The notes beneath the pieces are model-generated. The model ran no database searches, had not been told where the DNA came from, and worked only from the letters and a program-made list of their open reading frames with translations. Of a DNA stretch of 64,000 nt, positions 21,266 through 36,200 are shown in pieces. Position 1 is the stretch's first letter. Every line of letters starts with the position of its first letter. Source of the DNA: Macrostomum lignano (Eukaryota); assembly GCA_002269645.1 (NCBI GenBank), contig NIVC01000734.1, forward strand, positions 196,882-260,881. The letters are read 5' to 3'. The translations under genes and the position numbers were made by a program.

Positions 21266-24200
21266 CTATCTGGGCTGCTCGCGCATGACAGTCAGGTAGT
21301 GACCGGTCGAACCGGGTGGCAATCTGAGGTAGCCACGAGAGCTGGTCGGTGGTTGCTGCTGATGAGCCCACTGCTGCTGCTGCTGCTGCTGATGATGATA
21401 GTACAGCTGCTGAGACGGCGGAGTGTCAACGTTGTAGCTGCGACTTCGCTGACTCATCGGAGAAGCCCGACCGCCAGACGGTGGCCGGTAGTCCGAGCGG
21501 TCTGTCTCAAATCTCTTCAACCGACCGTGCAGGTGTTGCTGCGTCTGCAACTGCGGTTGCTCATCCTGCTCGTCCACTTTCAAGAACTCGTTGAAAATAG
21601 CATTGGTGCGCTCGTCAATGCTGTAGTCGCGTTGAAGACGCGGACTTTGACGCCGCTGCGGCTGCTGCTGCTGCATTTCACCTTGGTTGAAAAATTTATC
21701 AAAGACCGCAGCCTTGCTGTCACCGCTATCGTCTAGATGTGCTTCGATTTCCATTCGGAGCTGCTCTTCTTCGTTGTCAAGCTCCAGAGGATGATGGCGC
21801 GGCTGCGGCTGCGGCTGCGGCTGCGGCTGCGGCTGCGGCTGCGGGCTGAACCGGCGTCGGTCCTCGCTGAACTTCCGTCGTCTGGCTGACGCTCTGGAAT
21901 CCGGCGGCACTGCCGGGTCAGCCTGGGTCACGATTAGCGTTGGCGACCTCTGGCACTGCTGCTGCCGCTTGGCCTGCTGCAGCACCTGCTGCTGGCTTTT
22001 CACCAGGGCGGGCTTCGCTGGCAGGGACCTCTGCCGCTGCTGCTGCTGCTGCAGGTGCTGCGGTGACAGCGAGACGGCTCCTGGCGGCAGCAGTGGCGAG
22101 TTCTGCTTCTCAACCAGCGGATGCTGGCACAACTGGCTTTGCTGAGGGGTCTGCCTAGGCGACGACGATAGTCGAAGAGAATGCTGGCCGATCAAAACGG
22201 CTGGCAGGGTTTTTCCGACTCCGACGACGCCGCTAGCGCCTTGAGACTCCACGCTCTTGTAGCCGGAGTCCCGCTGCATCTGCTGCAGCTTCCGGCTGCC
22301 GCTGCTGGAACCGCCGCCGCCTCCACCGCCGCCTGCGCCGCCACCAGTTGAGTCCGTGTGCGAGTCGGCGCCAGTTGATGACTCAAAACTAGTCGTAGTG
22401 TTGTGACCCGGCCCGCTAGAGTTGGACCGCGAGGTTGGCTCTACCTCCGGATCGGTTGTCGCCGTCTCAAAGCTGTCCAGACTCGTCTCGCCGCTCGCGT
22501 TGGCCTTCTGGCTGCGCCGAGCGAGGCCGGCCTGCCGAAAGTGCTGACGTCGCGTCTCGGTCTCCGGTGCGATCGCGGCCTCCGCTGCTACAGCTGCTGG
22601 CTCGCCGCCGCCGGCCGCCGCTTCGAAGCTGCAGCGCAGGCGCCAGAGTTGTCGAGGATCGCGTCCTGTTGTGTCAGACACCGCAGCAACCAGTGGAAGC
22701 CGCATTCGATGGTGATGCAGCTGCTGCTGCTGCTGCTGCTGCCAGCCGACGCCCAACGGCCCCGGAGGAGCCTCCTGGTAGTAAACTGGCAAGTAGCGCC
22801 GCTGCTGAGCAAAATAGCTGCCCGCTCCGATGAGCTCGTCATCGGGGATCTCGTCCAGCATTAGCTGATTATCCTGGACCTCCTCCAGACTGCCAGTGTC
22901 GTTATATCGCACTACACTTGGCGGACTGTCACGCCGCTCCTTGGCGTTGGGATTCTCGATGCACTCAGCGTCGAAACTGAACGCCTTTCGGCTGTTTGGT
23001 GAATTACTGGGCGCGGCCAGTAGCGACGCAGAAGGATGACGGCCAACTTGCTGCTGCTGCTGCTGCTGCTGTGGAGAATACAAAGACGCAGTTCGCTCCG
23101 AAGTGGCTCTCAGTACGCCAGCTCGACGACTTCGACCAACGACGACGTTGTACTGCTCGGTCGACGGTCCGGGATGAAGCGGCAGCGGCGAAGTCGACGT
23201 CGACGACATGTTGGCGACCAGGGTTGGGGTCGGCGTCGGCGTCTGGGTAGGCGTCGGAGTCGATGTCGGACGCTGATGCGGCGCCGGAAGCTGCTCTGCG
23301 ACGCCGCGCGACGAAACTCGAGGCGACAGCCGATAGTGCGGCTGCGACAACTGCTGGCGAGCGCTGATGCAAGGGTTCAAAAATTTCAAATAATTGATTG
23401 ATTGTTTTACATTTACACTATTTTAATCGGGAGCACTAGAGGCGCCAGCACCAGAGGCGCCAGCACCAGAGGCGCCAGCACCAGAGGCGCCAGCACCAGA
23501 GGCGCCAGCACCAGAGGCGCCAGCACCAGAGGCGCCAGCACCAGAGGCGCCAGCACCAGAGGCGCCAGCACCAGAGGCGCCAGCACCAGAGGCGCCAGCA
23601 CCAGAGGCGCCAGCACAAAGGGGGGCACCATAGTTTTTGGCAGGCCCATTGACGGAGTCGTGCCCGCACCCTCACTTACCCCACTGGCTACGCCCCTAGC
23701 CAAAGTTATAACTAAAGTACAGAATGTACGGAATTAGCCGCAACACTTTTGGCTGATGAAGACTCGCAGATTTTGTTTGAGCTTTGCTGCCTGTTTACCT
23801 TTGTCAGAAAACTTCTGTCCGTTTGTACGGAGAAAGCAGAATGAAAGCGCAAACATAAAAGTGAGAATGAAGTCTGAAATAGGCGGGGAAGCTAGGCATC
23901 TGAGCGGAATTATGGCCACTGTTTGTTCAGATTGCGTTGGGAAATTTCCTTTGACAAAACTTTCCCTCGTGTTTACTGTGACACGCAATGCCAGTTGGGA
24001 AGCAGGGATTGCTACAAGAGGAAGTGGCGGATGTGATTGAGAAATAGTCGAGTGAGTGGGCCGGGAGTTGAAACAAAGGCTGAATAAACAATGAGCTTCC
24101 TGCTTCGGGTGAAAAAGTTTTGAATAATGCCTAAGAGGGTGAGCTAGTCTGAGAGATAGAGGGTGAGATAATGTGAGATAAGATGAGAGACTGAGAGTGA

Positions 24201-27200
24201 GATAGGGAGAAAGATAGTGGATCAGAAAGCGAGAGATAAGGGTGAGATAAGATGAGAGACAGGGTGAGATAAGGTGAGAGATAAAGGGTGAGATAAGGTG
24301 AGAGATAGCGGGTGAGACAAGATGAGAGACAGGGTGAGATAAGGTGAGAGATAGAGGGTGAGATAAGGTGAAAGATGGAGAGAGATAAAGGGTCAGATAT
24401 CGTAGAGGGTGGGATAAGGTAAGAGATAGATGGTGAGATAGAGAGAAAGGTAGTGGGTAAGAGAGCGAGAGATAAGGGTGAGATAAGATAAGAGACAGGT
24501 TGAGATAAGATGAGATAGAGGGTGAGATAAGGTGAGATATAAAGGGTGAGATAAGGTGAGAGAGTGAGAGATAGAGGTTGAGCTAGGGTAAGAGAGAGGG
24601 TCGGAAATGTGTTGAGAGACAGATGAATAGAACGAGCTCCAATACATTTTATTCGATATTGTACTCAACGCTGGGCCATAATGAAGTGGAAGAACAGAGA
24701 GAATCGAAGACTCAAAGGAGACTAAAACGCACATTAAAGGTCAAATAATAACTGCACTAAAAGCCAATGCATCTGGCTATGCTAAAAGGTTTTTCGAAAA
24801 AAGGCGCTGCATTTAGTCAGTCCATATGCAGCATTACAAATGCGCTCACTCTGATGCAGAAGTGCTGGCTAAAGAGTTCTCCATCAGGGAGGCTGTTAAC
24901 TCCATGGCAACGGCAGTTTGATAATGCTGCTGTTTTTTCGATTCTAAAAAAATTGGCAATGAATAATTGCAGATAAATAATGCAATTTCTATGCAAAAGC
25001 GTGGAGTAGATCATTAGATTGAATAGGGTTGGTTCGAAATAAAGATGAGATGCATTAGCAGTTCATGGCTCATTCAGTGATGCCAATATCTGACAATTGC
25101 ACTATGATCTGGGGTGAGATTTTTCATAATATGGGGTGAGAAATTTCATGATTCGAGGTGAGATTTTTCAAGATTTGGGGTGAAATTTAACATAATTTAC
25201 ATACTGATACTGTTGCTTGGCGAGCTTTTGCTGGCAGGTGGTGACCTTTAACTGGGGAGAGATAGAATGAAGAGAGATAGAATGGAGACAGATAGAATGG
25301 GGAGAGATAGAATAGGAGAAATAGAATGGGAGAGATAGAATGCGGAGAGATAGAATGAAGAGAGATAGAATGGAGACAGATAGAATGGGGAGAGATAGAA
25401 TAGGAGAAATAGAATGGGAGAGATAGAATGCGGAGAGATAGAATGAAGAGAGATAGAATGGAGACATATAGAATGGGGAGAGATAGAATAGGAGAAATAG
25501 AATGGGAGAGATAGAATGCGGAGAGATAGAATGAAGAGAGATAGAATGAAGAGAGATAGAATGGGGAGAGATAGAATGGGGAGAGATAGAATGGGGAGAG
25601 ATAGAATGGAGAAAGATAGAATGGGGAGAGATAGAATAGGAGAAATAGAATGGGAGAGATAGAATGCGGAGAGATAGAATGTAGAGAGATAGAATGGGAG
25701 AGATAGAATGCGGATCGAGATAGAATGAAGAGAGATAGAATGAAGAGAGATAGAATGGAGAGAGATAGAATAGGAGAAATAGAATGGGAGAGATAGAATG
25801 CGGAGAGATAAAATTAAGAGAGATAGAATGGGGAGAGATAGAATAGGAGAAATAGAATGGGAGAGATAGAATGCGGAGAGATAGAATGGAGAGAGATAGA
25901 ATGGGAGAGATAGAATGCGGATCGAGATAGAATGTAGAGAGATAGAATGGGAGAGATAGAATGGAGACAGATAGAATGGAGAGAGATAGAATAGGAGAAA
26001 TAGAATGGGAGAGATAGAATGCGGAGAGATAAAATTAAGAGAGATAGAATGGGGAGAGATAGAATAGGAGAAATAGAATGGGAGAGATAGAATGCGGAGA
26101 GATAGAATGGAGAGAGATAGAATGGGAGAGATAGAATGCGGATCGAGATAGAATGTAGAGAGATAGAATGGGAGAGATAGAATGGAGAGAGATAGAATGG
26201 AGAGAGATAGAATAGGAGAAATAGAATGGGAGAGATAGAATGCGGAGAGATAAAATTAAGAGAGATAGAATGGGGAGAGATAGAATGGGAGAGATAGAAT
26301 GCGGAGAGATAAAATTAAGAGAGATAGAATGAAGAGAAATAGAACGGGGAGAGATAGAATGTAGAGAGATAGAATGTGGAGAGATAGAATGTGGAGAGAT
26401 AGAATGTGGAGAGATAGAATGTGGAGAGATAGAATGAAGAGAAATAGAATGGGAAGAGATAGAATGAAGAGAGATAGAATGGAGAGAGATAGAATGCGGA
26501 GAGATAGAATAGGAGAAATAGAATGGGAGAGATAGAATTAAGAGAGATAGAATGGAGAGAGATAGAATGGAGAGAGATAGAATAGGAGAAATAGAATGGG
26601 AGAGATAGAATTCGGAGAGATAGAATTAAGAGAGATAGAATGGGGAGAGATAGAATTGAGAGAGATAGAATGGGGAGAGATAGAATAGAGAGAGATAGAA
26701 TGGGGAGAGATATAATGGCAGAGAAAGAACAGGAGAGATAGAATGAAGAGAGATAGAATGTGGAGAGATAGAATGAAGAGAGATAGAATGGGGAGAGAAA
26801 GAATGAAGAGAGATAGAATGAGAGAGATAGAATGGAGAGAGATAGAATGAGAGAGATAGAATGGAGAGAGATAGAATGGGGAGAGATAGAATGGCAGAGA
26901 AAGAACAGGAGAGATAGAACGTGAAAGGTTAGAACGGGATGCGAAAACTACAACATATGATAACTACCGAGAAAACTACGGCACAATGGCTGACTCACCC
27001 ATAGAGTTTTTAAACTGAGCCACAATGTCGTCTATTGGCATTTCGTCGTCGCAGTCAGGCTGGTCGGCGCCCTCCTGCCGGTCTTCGCTTTCATCCCAGG
27101 CTGCCGTTGGCGACCTGTGGGCGAATGGGAAATGTTGAAGGCAAAAGGGAGAGGATGGGGAAGGGATAGCATGGGGAAGGGATAGCATGGGGAAGGGATA

Positions 27201-30200
27201 GCATGGGGAAGGGATAGCATGGGGAAGGGATAGCATGGGGAAGGGATAGCATTGGGAAGGGATAGCATTGGGAAGGGATAGCATTGGGAAGGGATAGCAT
27301 AGGGAAGGGATAGCATGGGGAAGGGATAGCATGGGGAAGGGATAGCATGGGGAAGGGACAGCATAGGGAAGGGATAGCATGGGGAAGGGATAGCATTGGG
27401 AAGGGATAGCATGGGGAAGGGAGAGGATGGGGAAGGGATAGCATGGGGAAGAGATAGCATGGGGAAGAGATAGCATGGGGAAGAGATAGCATGGGGAAGA
27501 GAGAGCATGGGGAAGGGATAGCATGGGGAAGGGATAGCATGGGGAAGGGATAGCATGGGGAAGAGAGATAGCATGGGGAAGAGATAGCATGGGGAAGGGA
27601 CAGCATAGGGAAGGGATAGCATGGGGAAGGGATAGCATTGGGAAGGGATAGCATGGGGAAGTGAGAGGATGGGGAAGGGATAGCATGGGGAAGAGATAGC
27701 ATGGGGAAGAGATAGCATGGGAAGAGATAGCATGGGGAAGAGATAGCATGGGAATAGACAGCATGGGGAAGAGATAGCATGGGGAAGAGAGATAGCATGG
27801 GAAGAGATAGCATGGGGAAGAGATAGCATGGGGAAGAGATAGCATGGGGAAGAGAGATAGCATGGGAATAGATAGCATGGGGAAGAAATAGCATGGGGAA
27901 GAGATAGCATGGGGAAGAGATAGCATGGGGAAGGGATAGCATGGGGAAGGGATAGCATGGGGAAGGGATAGCATGGGGAAGAGAGATAGCATGGGGAAGA
28001 GATAGCATGGGGAAGAGATAGCATGGGGAAGAGATAGCATGGGGAAGAGAGATAGCATGGGAATAGATAGCATGGGGAAGGGATAGCATGGGGAAGGGAT
28101 AGCATGGGGAAGGGATAGCATGGGGAAGGGATAGCATGGGGAAGAGAGATAGCATGGGGAAGAGATAGCATGGGGAAGAGATAGCATGGGGAATAGATAG
28201 CATGGGGAAGAGATAGCATGGGGAAGAGATAGCATGGGGAAGAGATAGCATGGGGAAGGGATAGCGTGGGGAAGAGATAGCATGGGGAAGAGATAGCATG
28301 GGGAAGAGATAGCATGGGGAAGAGATAGCATGGGGAAGAGAGATAGCATGGGAATAGATAGCATGGGGAAGAGATAGCATGGGGAAGAGATAGCATGGGG
28401 AAGAGATAACATGGGGAAGAGAGATAGCATGGGAATAGATAGCATGGGAAGAGATAGCATGGGGAAGGGATAGCATGGGGAAGGGAGAGGATGGGGAAGG
28501 GAGAGGATGGGGAAGGGATAGCATGGGGAAGGGATAGCATGGGGAAGGGAGAGGATGGGGAAGGGAGAGGATGGGGAAGGGATAGCATGGGGAAGGGAGA
28601 GGATGGGGAAGGGAGAGGATGGGGAAGGGATAGCATGGGGAAGGGATAGCATGGGGAAGGGAGAGGATGGGGAAGGGAGAGGATGGGGAAGGGATAGCAT
28701 GGGGAAGGGAGAGGATGGGAAGAGATAGCATGGGGAAGGGAGAGGATGGGGAAGAGATAGCATGGGGAAGGGAGAGGATGGGGAAGGAGAGCATGGGGAA
28801 GGATAAAAACACGAGCTGTCAGCATGGAGCAATAAGAGGTTGAATTATCCAGAGAATTCATCGTCAAGGAAGAGAAACAAAATTCTAAAAAAGCATCTGC
28901 AGCCTAATCAATAATGCAACATTACTTGTACGAGTATGTGTTTACTATTTTTTGAGCACAGCTACTCTTGAGTCTTCTCTCTCGGAATTAAAATTTCTCT
29001 GCAGGCTAACAGGTGCTGTTTTACTAATTTATGACCGCCACGAAAGTACAGTGAATAATTTTTTGCAAGAGAGTGAGCGCTTTTTTAATTATTTCATTTA
29101 AATCGGGCCGTACGCAATTCAACAAACTGGTTTCAAATTAAAAAAAACATTTTTTGCTTTTTTCCTTTTAATTTCGTATCAATTTGATTACAAAAACCAA
29201 CATCAAAGAGACTGAAAAATCTAAACTGTCAATTTGGTCTTTATCCTTTGAAAGGGAAACGTAATTCTAATTACAATTTTATCAAAGCTTTTTGTGCAAC
29301 AGTTTGATTGCTAAAATTTGTCCCAGCAAAATGAGATGGTTTTCTAGGCTGGGGGCATGGCCCTTTGTCTGTTCAAACACATGATCGTTTATATACCTAA
29401 CGCATGATCCTTCATGTACCCATCACATTATCCTTCATGTACCCATCACATGATCCTTTATGTACGTATTACGTGATCCTTCATGTACCTATCACATGAT
29501 CCTTCATGTACATATCACATGATCCTTCATGCACCTATCACATGATCCTTCATGTACCTATAACATGATCCTTTATATACCTAACGCATGATCCTTCATG
29601 TATCTATCACATGATCCTTCATGTATCTATCACATTATCCTTCATGTACCTATCACATGATCCTTCATGTACCTATCACATGATCCTTCATGTACATATC
29701 ACATGATCCTTCATGTACCTATAACATGATCCTTCATGTACCTATCACATGATCCTTCATGTACCCATCACATGATCCTTTATGTACCTATAACATGATC
29801 CTTTATATACCTAACGCAGGATCTTCCATGTACCTATCACATGATCCTTCATGTATCTATCACATGATCCTTTATGTACATATCACATGATACTTCATGT
29901 ACATATCACATGACCCTTCAGGTACTTATCACATGATCCTTCATGTACCTATCGCACGATCCCTTATGTACGTATTACATGATCCTTCATGTACCTATCA
30001 CATGATCCTTCATGTACCTATCACATGATCCTTCATGTACCTATCACATGATCCTTCATGTACCTATCACATGATCCTTCATGTACATATTACACGATCC
30101 TTCATGTACATATCACACGATCCTTCATGTACATATTACACGATCCTTCATGTACTTATCACATGATCCTTCAGGTACTTATCGCATGATCCTTCATGTA

Positions 30201-33200
30201 CATATTACACGATCCTTCATGTACTTATCACATGATCCTTCAGGTACTTATCGCATGATAATTCATGTACATATTACACGATCCTTCATGTACTTATCAC
30301 ATGATCCTTCAGGTACTTATCGCATGATAATTCATGTACATATTACACGATCCTTCATGTACTTATCACATGATCCTTCAGGTACTTATCGCATGATAAT
30401 TCATGTACATATTACACGATCCTTCATGTACTTATCACATGATCCTTCAGGTACTTATCGCATGATAATTCATGTACATATTACACGATCCTTCATGTAC
30501 TTATCACATGATCCTTCAGGTACTTATCGCATGATAATTCATGTACGTATTACATTATCCTTCCTTCATGTAATTATCAAATTTGTACCGAAAACATCAT
30601 CTTAGTATACCTAACATATGATTTTTCATGTCCGGCACATGATCCTATATTTCTATCACACTTCCAGGGTAGCAAGGTGAACCCATTTGAGCCATATGAA
30701 ACTCACCCTCTTCTCAGAGGTTCAGCGGCTGAGCAGTAGTCTGAGTCCAGCTCGTGCGGTATGGCCATAGAACTCTCGAAATTATAGTTCAAGCTGCTCT
30801 TCCGTCTGAATTGGGACAAGAATTCACAGTTTTGTAAATGAGTTACTATATACATGTAATATATAAAAATAGTTAATAGAAATAAAAATCTTTTATGCAG
30901 CGGCGTAGCCCTGCTAATAAAGTTTTGAAGTTTATTATCATAAACAAATTTAAAAAATTTAGCGACTTGGATCTGTGGAACTGGAACTCTGGCCTCTCAC
31001 CGGCAAAAAGCCTTCCACAGACCCCTGATCATGTTACAATTGGACACTGACTATGAGATGTTGTCTCTCTGCCTCTGCCTTGCGACTTGCGCCACTGTCT
31101 GTGTTACGTTGGTTATTTGAACAGATTTTTTTCAAAGTTTTCAGATCAAATAACATTTTACCATCGGCAATGAAGGAATGAATAAACATGAAGGTTAATT
31201 AATTACTTAAATCAAGGTGACGAAAGTCAACCCGCAGGTTTAATTGGGTTCACATTTAAAAGAATCGTCTTGACAACCATAAAAGCCGCATGGGAAATTT
31301 CTGAGATGTCAAGGCTAATGGGGGGAATTGCTGAGATGTCAGAGGCTCATGGGGGAATTGTTGAGATGTCAAGGCTAATGGGGCAATATATGAGATGTCA
31401 AGGCTCATGGAGGAATTGCTGAGATATCAAGGCTTATGGGGGAATTGCTGAGATGTCAAGGCTCATGGGGGAATTGCTGAGATGAAAATGTGTTGAAGAG
31501 CTCATTGGGGGTTGCTCAGAAGCTTTGATGCTTCTTACCGAAGCCGAAATAGCTGGCTTACCGGGCGGATGGTTTTTTCTTTAAACACCATTTTCCTTAA
31601 AGTCTGATGACTGTAAATGGCCAAAACCTATATTTATTTCATTTCAAAAAATTCCCATTCCTTTCTTTTTCGCCTCCCCAAACGGGGGGGGGCGCTGATT
31701 GCTAGTCCATATACTAAAAATGGTTTTTCGGTATCTATCTAGTTGAAATATACTAATCATTTTTTCAAACGTTCAGTTAAGAAACTCATATGAACCTGAT
31801 GAAGATAGAACGCCTGCAGCATATTTAGTTATTGCAACTAAAAATAGTTTATAAACATACAGTAAAATAAGCAAGGTAGGAGCGCTAAAAATAAGCGCAC
31901 CGTTGTGAATTATTAATTGCTGATTTCCATGGTATATGGTTAGTCACACGCAACTTATAGGCTAAAGATTCTTTTCCAACTAAAATGTGATCAGAGTCCA
32001 CTGCAGTTATTGATATTGCTATGAACATTTAGATACAACTGGTCACGTATTAATAATCTTTTTTTTCATTGCTAGGCGGATACAAGCCAGTGATGGATGG
32101 AGGTCAGAGAGAATTCTGTGACATTCTGATAAACAGATTAATGACTGATGGCCGAGCTGTGGACTGGGGTCCAGGGCTTCTGATTTTTCATGCTAGTGAA
32201 CTGAGATGAGAGTGAACTGGGATGAGAGTGAACTGAGATGAGAGTGAACTGGGATGAGAGTAAACAGAGATGAGAGTAAACAGAGATGAGAGTAAACAGA
32301 GATGAGAGTAAACAGAGATAAGAGTGAACAGAGATGAGAGTGAACTGAGATAAGAGTGAACAGAGATGAGAGTGAACTGAGATAAGAGTGAACTGAGATG
32401 AGAGTGAACTGGGATGAGAGTGAACTGAGATGAGAGTGAACTGAGATAAGAGTGAACTGGGATGAGAGTAAACAGAGATGAGAGTAAACAGAGATGAGAG
32501 TGAACAAAGATGAGAGTGAACTAACTAAATGAAATTGTTTCCTGTGACGCAGTTCGGTCAGCACTGAATGAAAATGTATAAATATAGTCTCCGGGAGATG
32601 ATGACAGACGAGAATGCAGTGCGGCAGAGAGGATAAATAGGGGGGGGGGCATTTGGGAAGAGGGGACGCCTTAGCCCAGGGTTGCTCTCACGGGGCGAAG
32701 CAGATGGTCGCATTAGTCGTCTAAGTCCGGCTCTCTGCTTTCTAGTTCTGAAACTGGACCAGCCTCATTTTGAGTTGAGTCAGCAGCGAGCTGAGCTCCC
32801 CATATATCCAACTGCCGCATCGGAGTCATGAATAATTCAGCCCCCCCCCCGTCTCCGCATGCGAATGACCAGCGGGACGCCAAGCGCCCAGCTTTTGGTC
32901 GTTAAATTTTGGGCGGGAGAAACGGATGACGAGGAAAAAATAAAGACAGATTGAGTGCTCGGTCGAGCTGCGGCGAAGGGGGGAGGGGCGGGGCGAGGAC
33001 AGGAACTCGAATTTGTTGTTATGGCAATTTGAATGAAGAGGATTGTGGGAATAAAGGGATTATTGAGATGATGAGCAGCCTTCTGGGTATTGCTCATTTG
33101 TGAGGATGAGGATTTTGAGTATAGGGATTAAAAGGATCAGAATTTTGAGGATGGGAATTATGAGGATGAGGATTATGAGGATGAGGATTGTGAGGATGAG

Positions 33201-36200
33201 GTCTGTGAGAATCAGGATTGAGTGTGAGGATTATGGGGATGAGGATTACGAGGATGAGGATTATGAGTGTGAGGATTATGGAGATGAGGATTATGAGGAT
33301 GAGGATTATGAGGATGAGAATTATGGGGATGAGGAATTTGAGGACGAGGATGATCAGAATAAGGTCCAAGAAAATTAATATCGTGAGAAGAAGGATGATG
33401 TAACATGGAATTTAGGGAGTTATATGTCAGGGCAGCAGGTTCTATAAGCGGATGTTTCTGACACAGGAAGGTAACACCTGCAGGCTCTGCCCCCGAAAAA
33501 ATTCAATTAGGAACTGGCAAGAGCAAGGATTTTTAATCTGTCTCCTGTTTCTCTTCTCTGCCCCTCCGGCACTGAAAAGAAAGACAAATATTTGAATTTC
33601 GTGCCGGGTGGAGTCACGGTTGGAGTACAGAGGCAGCCAATTGACGTCACAGGATATTCTTTGTCTCTTTTCCCTCTGCTCAGCTTGGCAACCCTGCCAT
33701 CTCGGCCGGGCTTGCCTGTTAATGCTTGTGTCACAATGGCTGTGCCAGGCCGAGAACAGAAAAGGCGCCCTGTGGCAGCTTGGAAAGTGCATCAAATTTG
33801 TGGCCACGTGATTTTTGAATGCTTATTTTTTTGTCAGTTTGGATTGTTCAGAGCGCATCGAGGGTAGAAACAGATGGATGCGGGATTGAGACGGGGGATT
33901 AAAGTACAACGGATCAAATCGAATGCGTGCCATTATTTTCATTGGAAAATATTTGTTTTTTTATTTTTTAACAGATTTATGATCGTAAAAATTTATTGTG
34001 TCAGATTGAGACAGCATTGGACACTGCCCGAGTGAAGGTGCTATCGATAGAGTGACAGTGAAAGAGTGACAGTTCTGGAGTGATAGTGGGAGAGTGGCGG
34101 TGGGAAAGTGACAGTAGGAGAATGACAGTGAGAGAGTGACAGTGAGAGAGTGACAGTGGGAGAGTGACAGTCCTGGAGTGGACAGTCCTGTCCGGGAGGG
34201 ACAGTCCTGGAGTGACAGTACTGTCCGGGAGTGACAGTCCTGTCCGAGAGTGACAGTCCTGTCCGAGAGTGACAGTCCTGTCCGAGAGTGACAGTCCTGT
34301 CCGAGAGTGACAGTCCTGTCCGAGAGTGACAGTCCTGTCCGAGAGTGACAGTCCTGTCCGAGAGTGACAGTCCTGTCCGAGAGTGACAGTCCTGTCCGAG
34401 AGTGACAGTCCTGTCCGAGAGTGACAGTCCTGTCCGAGAGTGACAGTCCTGTTCGAGAGTGACAGTCCTGTCCGAGAGTGGCAGTCCTGTCCGAGAGTGA
34501 CAGTCCTGTCCGAGAGTGACAGTCCTGTCCGAGAGTGACAGTCCTGTCCGAGAGTGACAGTCCTGTCCGAGAGTGACAGTCCTGTCCGAGAGTGACAGTC
34601 CTGTCCGAGAGTGACAGTCCTGTCCGAGAGTGACAGTCCTGTCCGAGAGTGACAGTCCTGTCCGAGAGTGACAGTCCTGTCCGAGAGTGACAGTCCTGGA
34701 GTGATAGTGCTAATGCGGTCACTAGAATGTTAAAGAGACAGAAAAAGTGCCTGTTACGTGTCAGAATAAATTAAAATAATTTCGATGTTTTTAATTTAAA
34801 TTTCCCCCTAAATTCACGTAAAGGCAGACACATCACTAAATAAGATGATAAAAGGATGCATACGAGCTACTAAAAACCAGTTGACGATGCTGTGTAGTCA
34901 CTTTTAATAATTAATCTTGGAAATATTTAGAACCAATTTACAAGCGAAATTAGCCTCTGATTTGTCATTATCATTATGAAAAAAAGACTTTTGCGTCACA
35001 AAGAGACAGACGCAAGAGATCGAGACAGATTTTTTCACATTTTTATGTTATAAGTAGACTCTTTGGAGCATGTAAAGAGAAAGAGAGGGTAAATAGAGGG
35101 AGGGTAAAGAGGTAGAGGGTAAAGAGAGTGAGGTTAAAGAGGGAGAGGGTAAAGAGGGAGAGGGTAAAAAGGGAGAGGGAAAGATGGAGAGGATGAATAA
35201 GGCGAGAGTAAAGAGGGAGAGAGAAGGTAAATAAGGAGGGTAAATAAGGAGAGGGTAAAGAGGGAGAGGGTAGGGGAGAGGGGAAAGAGGGAGAGGGTAA
35301 AGAGGGAGAGGATAGAGTTAAGGCACTGGGAATCAGTTATAGCTTGCGGTTAACTAAATGTAGTATCAACCCTGGAGTTGATATCTGAGGCAGCCAATAC
35401 TACTTTAAATGCTACATTTTCTATCCAGGGTCTTGGGTGACAGTGTCAATGTTTAACAGTGCAGCAAGCACTGCGCGACGCCATTCTCCCGTGTAGCAAA
35501 CCAGTACATTTTAGTCTAATGGGAAATCGGCCTCGTGTGCAACAGAAATCCCAGGATTAATGGGAAAGTTAATGGAGAAACATCAAACGGCTCTGAAATT
35601 GGATTCTGTAGTTTTAAGTAGAATAAATTAGACTGGGTTATCAAAGGATTTAAGATTAGCATTGGGAAATATATCTAGGCGCACTAGAAGCTAATTTAAT
35701 GTATAAAGGGCGCTTGATTCCCATGAAGTGTCACTGATTGGGGGTCAAGCATCCCCGGGAAGTGTCACTGATTGGGGGGTCAAGCATCCCCATGAAGTGT
35801 CACTGATTGGGGGGTCAAGCATCCTCGTGAAGTGTATCACTGATTTGGGGGGGGGGGGTCAAGCATCCCCGTGAAGTGTCACTGATTGTGGGGTCAAGCA
35901 TCCCCGTGAAGTGTCACTGATTGGGGGGTCAAGCATCCCCGGGAAGTGTCACTGATTGGGGGGTCAAGCATCCCCATGAAGTGTCACTGATTGGGGGGTC
36001 AAGCATCCTCGTGAAGTGTATCACTGATTTGGGGGGGTCAAGCATCCCCGTGAAGTGTTACTGATTGGGGGTCAAGCATCCCCGTGAAGTGTATCACTGA
36101 TTTGGGGGGTCAAGCATCCCCGTGAAGTGTCACTGATTGGGGGGTCAAGCATCCCCGTGAAGTGTTACTGATTGTGGGGTCAAGCATCCCCGTGAAGTGT

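Noticed and set aside
23799-23814. 16-nt micro-exon with AG/GT borders in the BARP-like gene
   Set aside because: It introduces a stop in the phases that would fix the frame, or leaves the frame mismatched.
26976-28867. 570-620-aa ORFs in all three minus frames
   Set aside because: They result from a stop-free minisatellite; only 27114-26999 has splice sites and coding character.
33100-33378. Acidic DEDYE-rich ORF
   Set aside because: Translation of a simple repeat, antisense within an intron.
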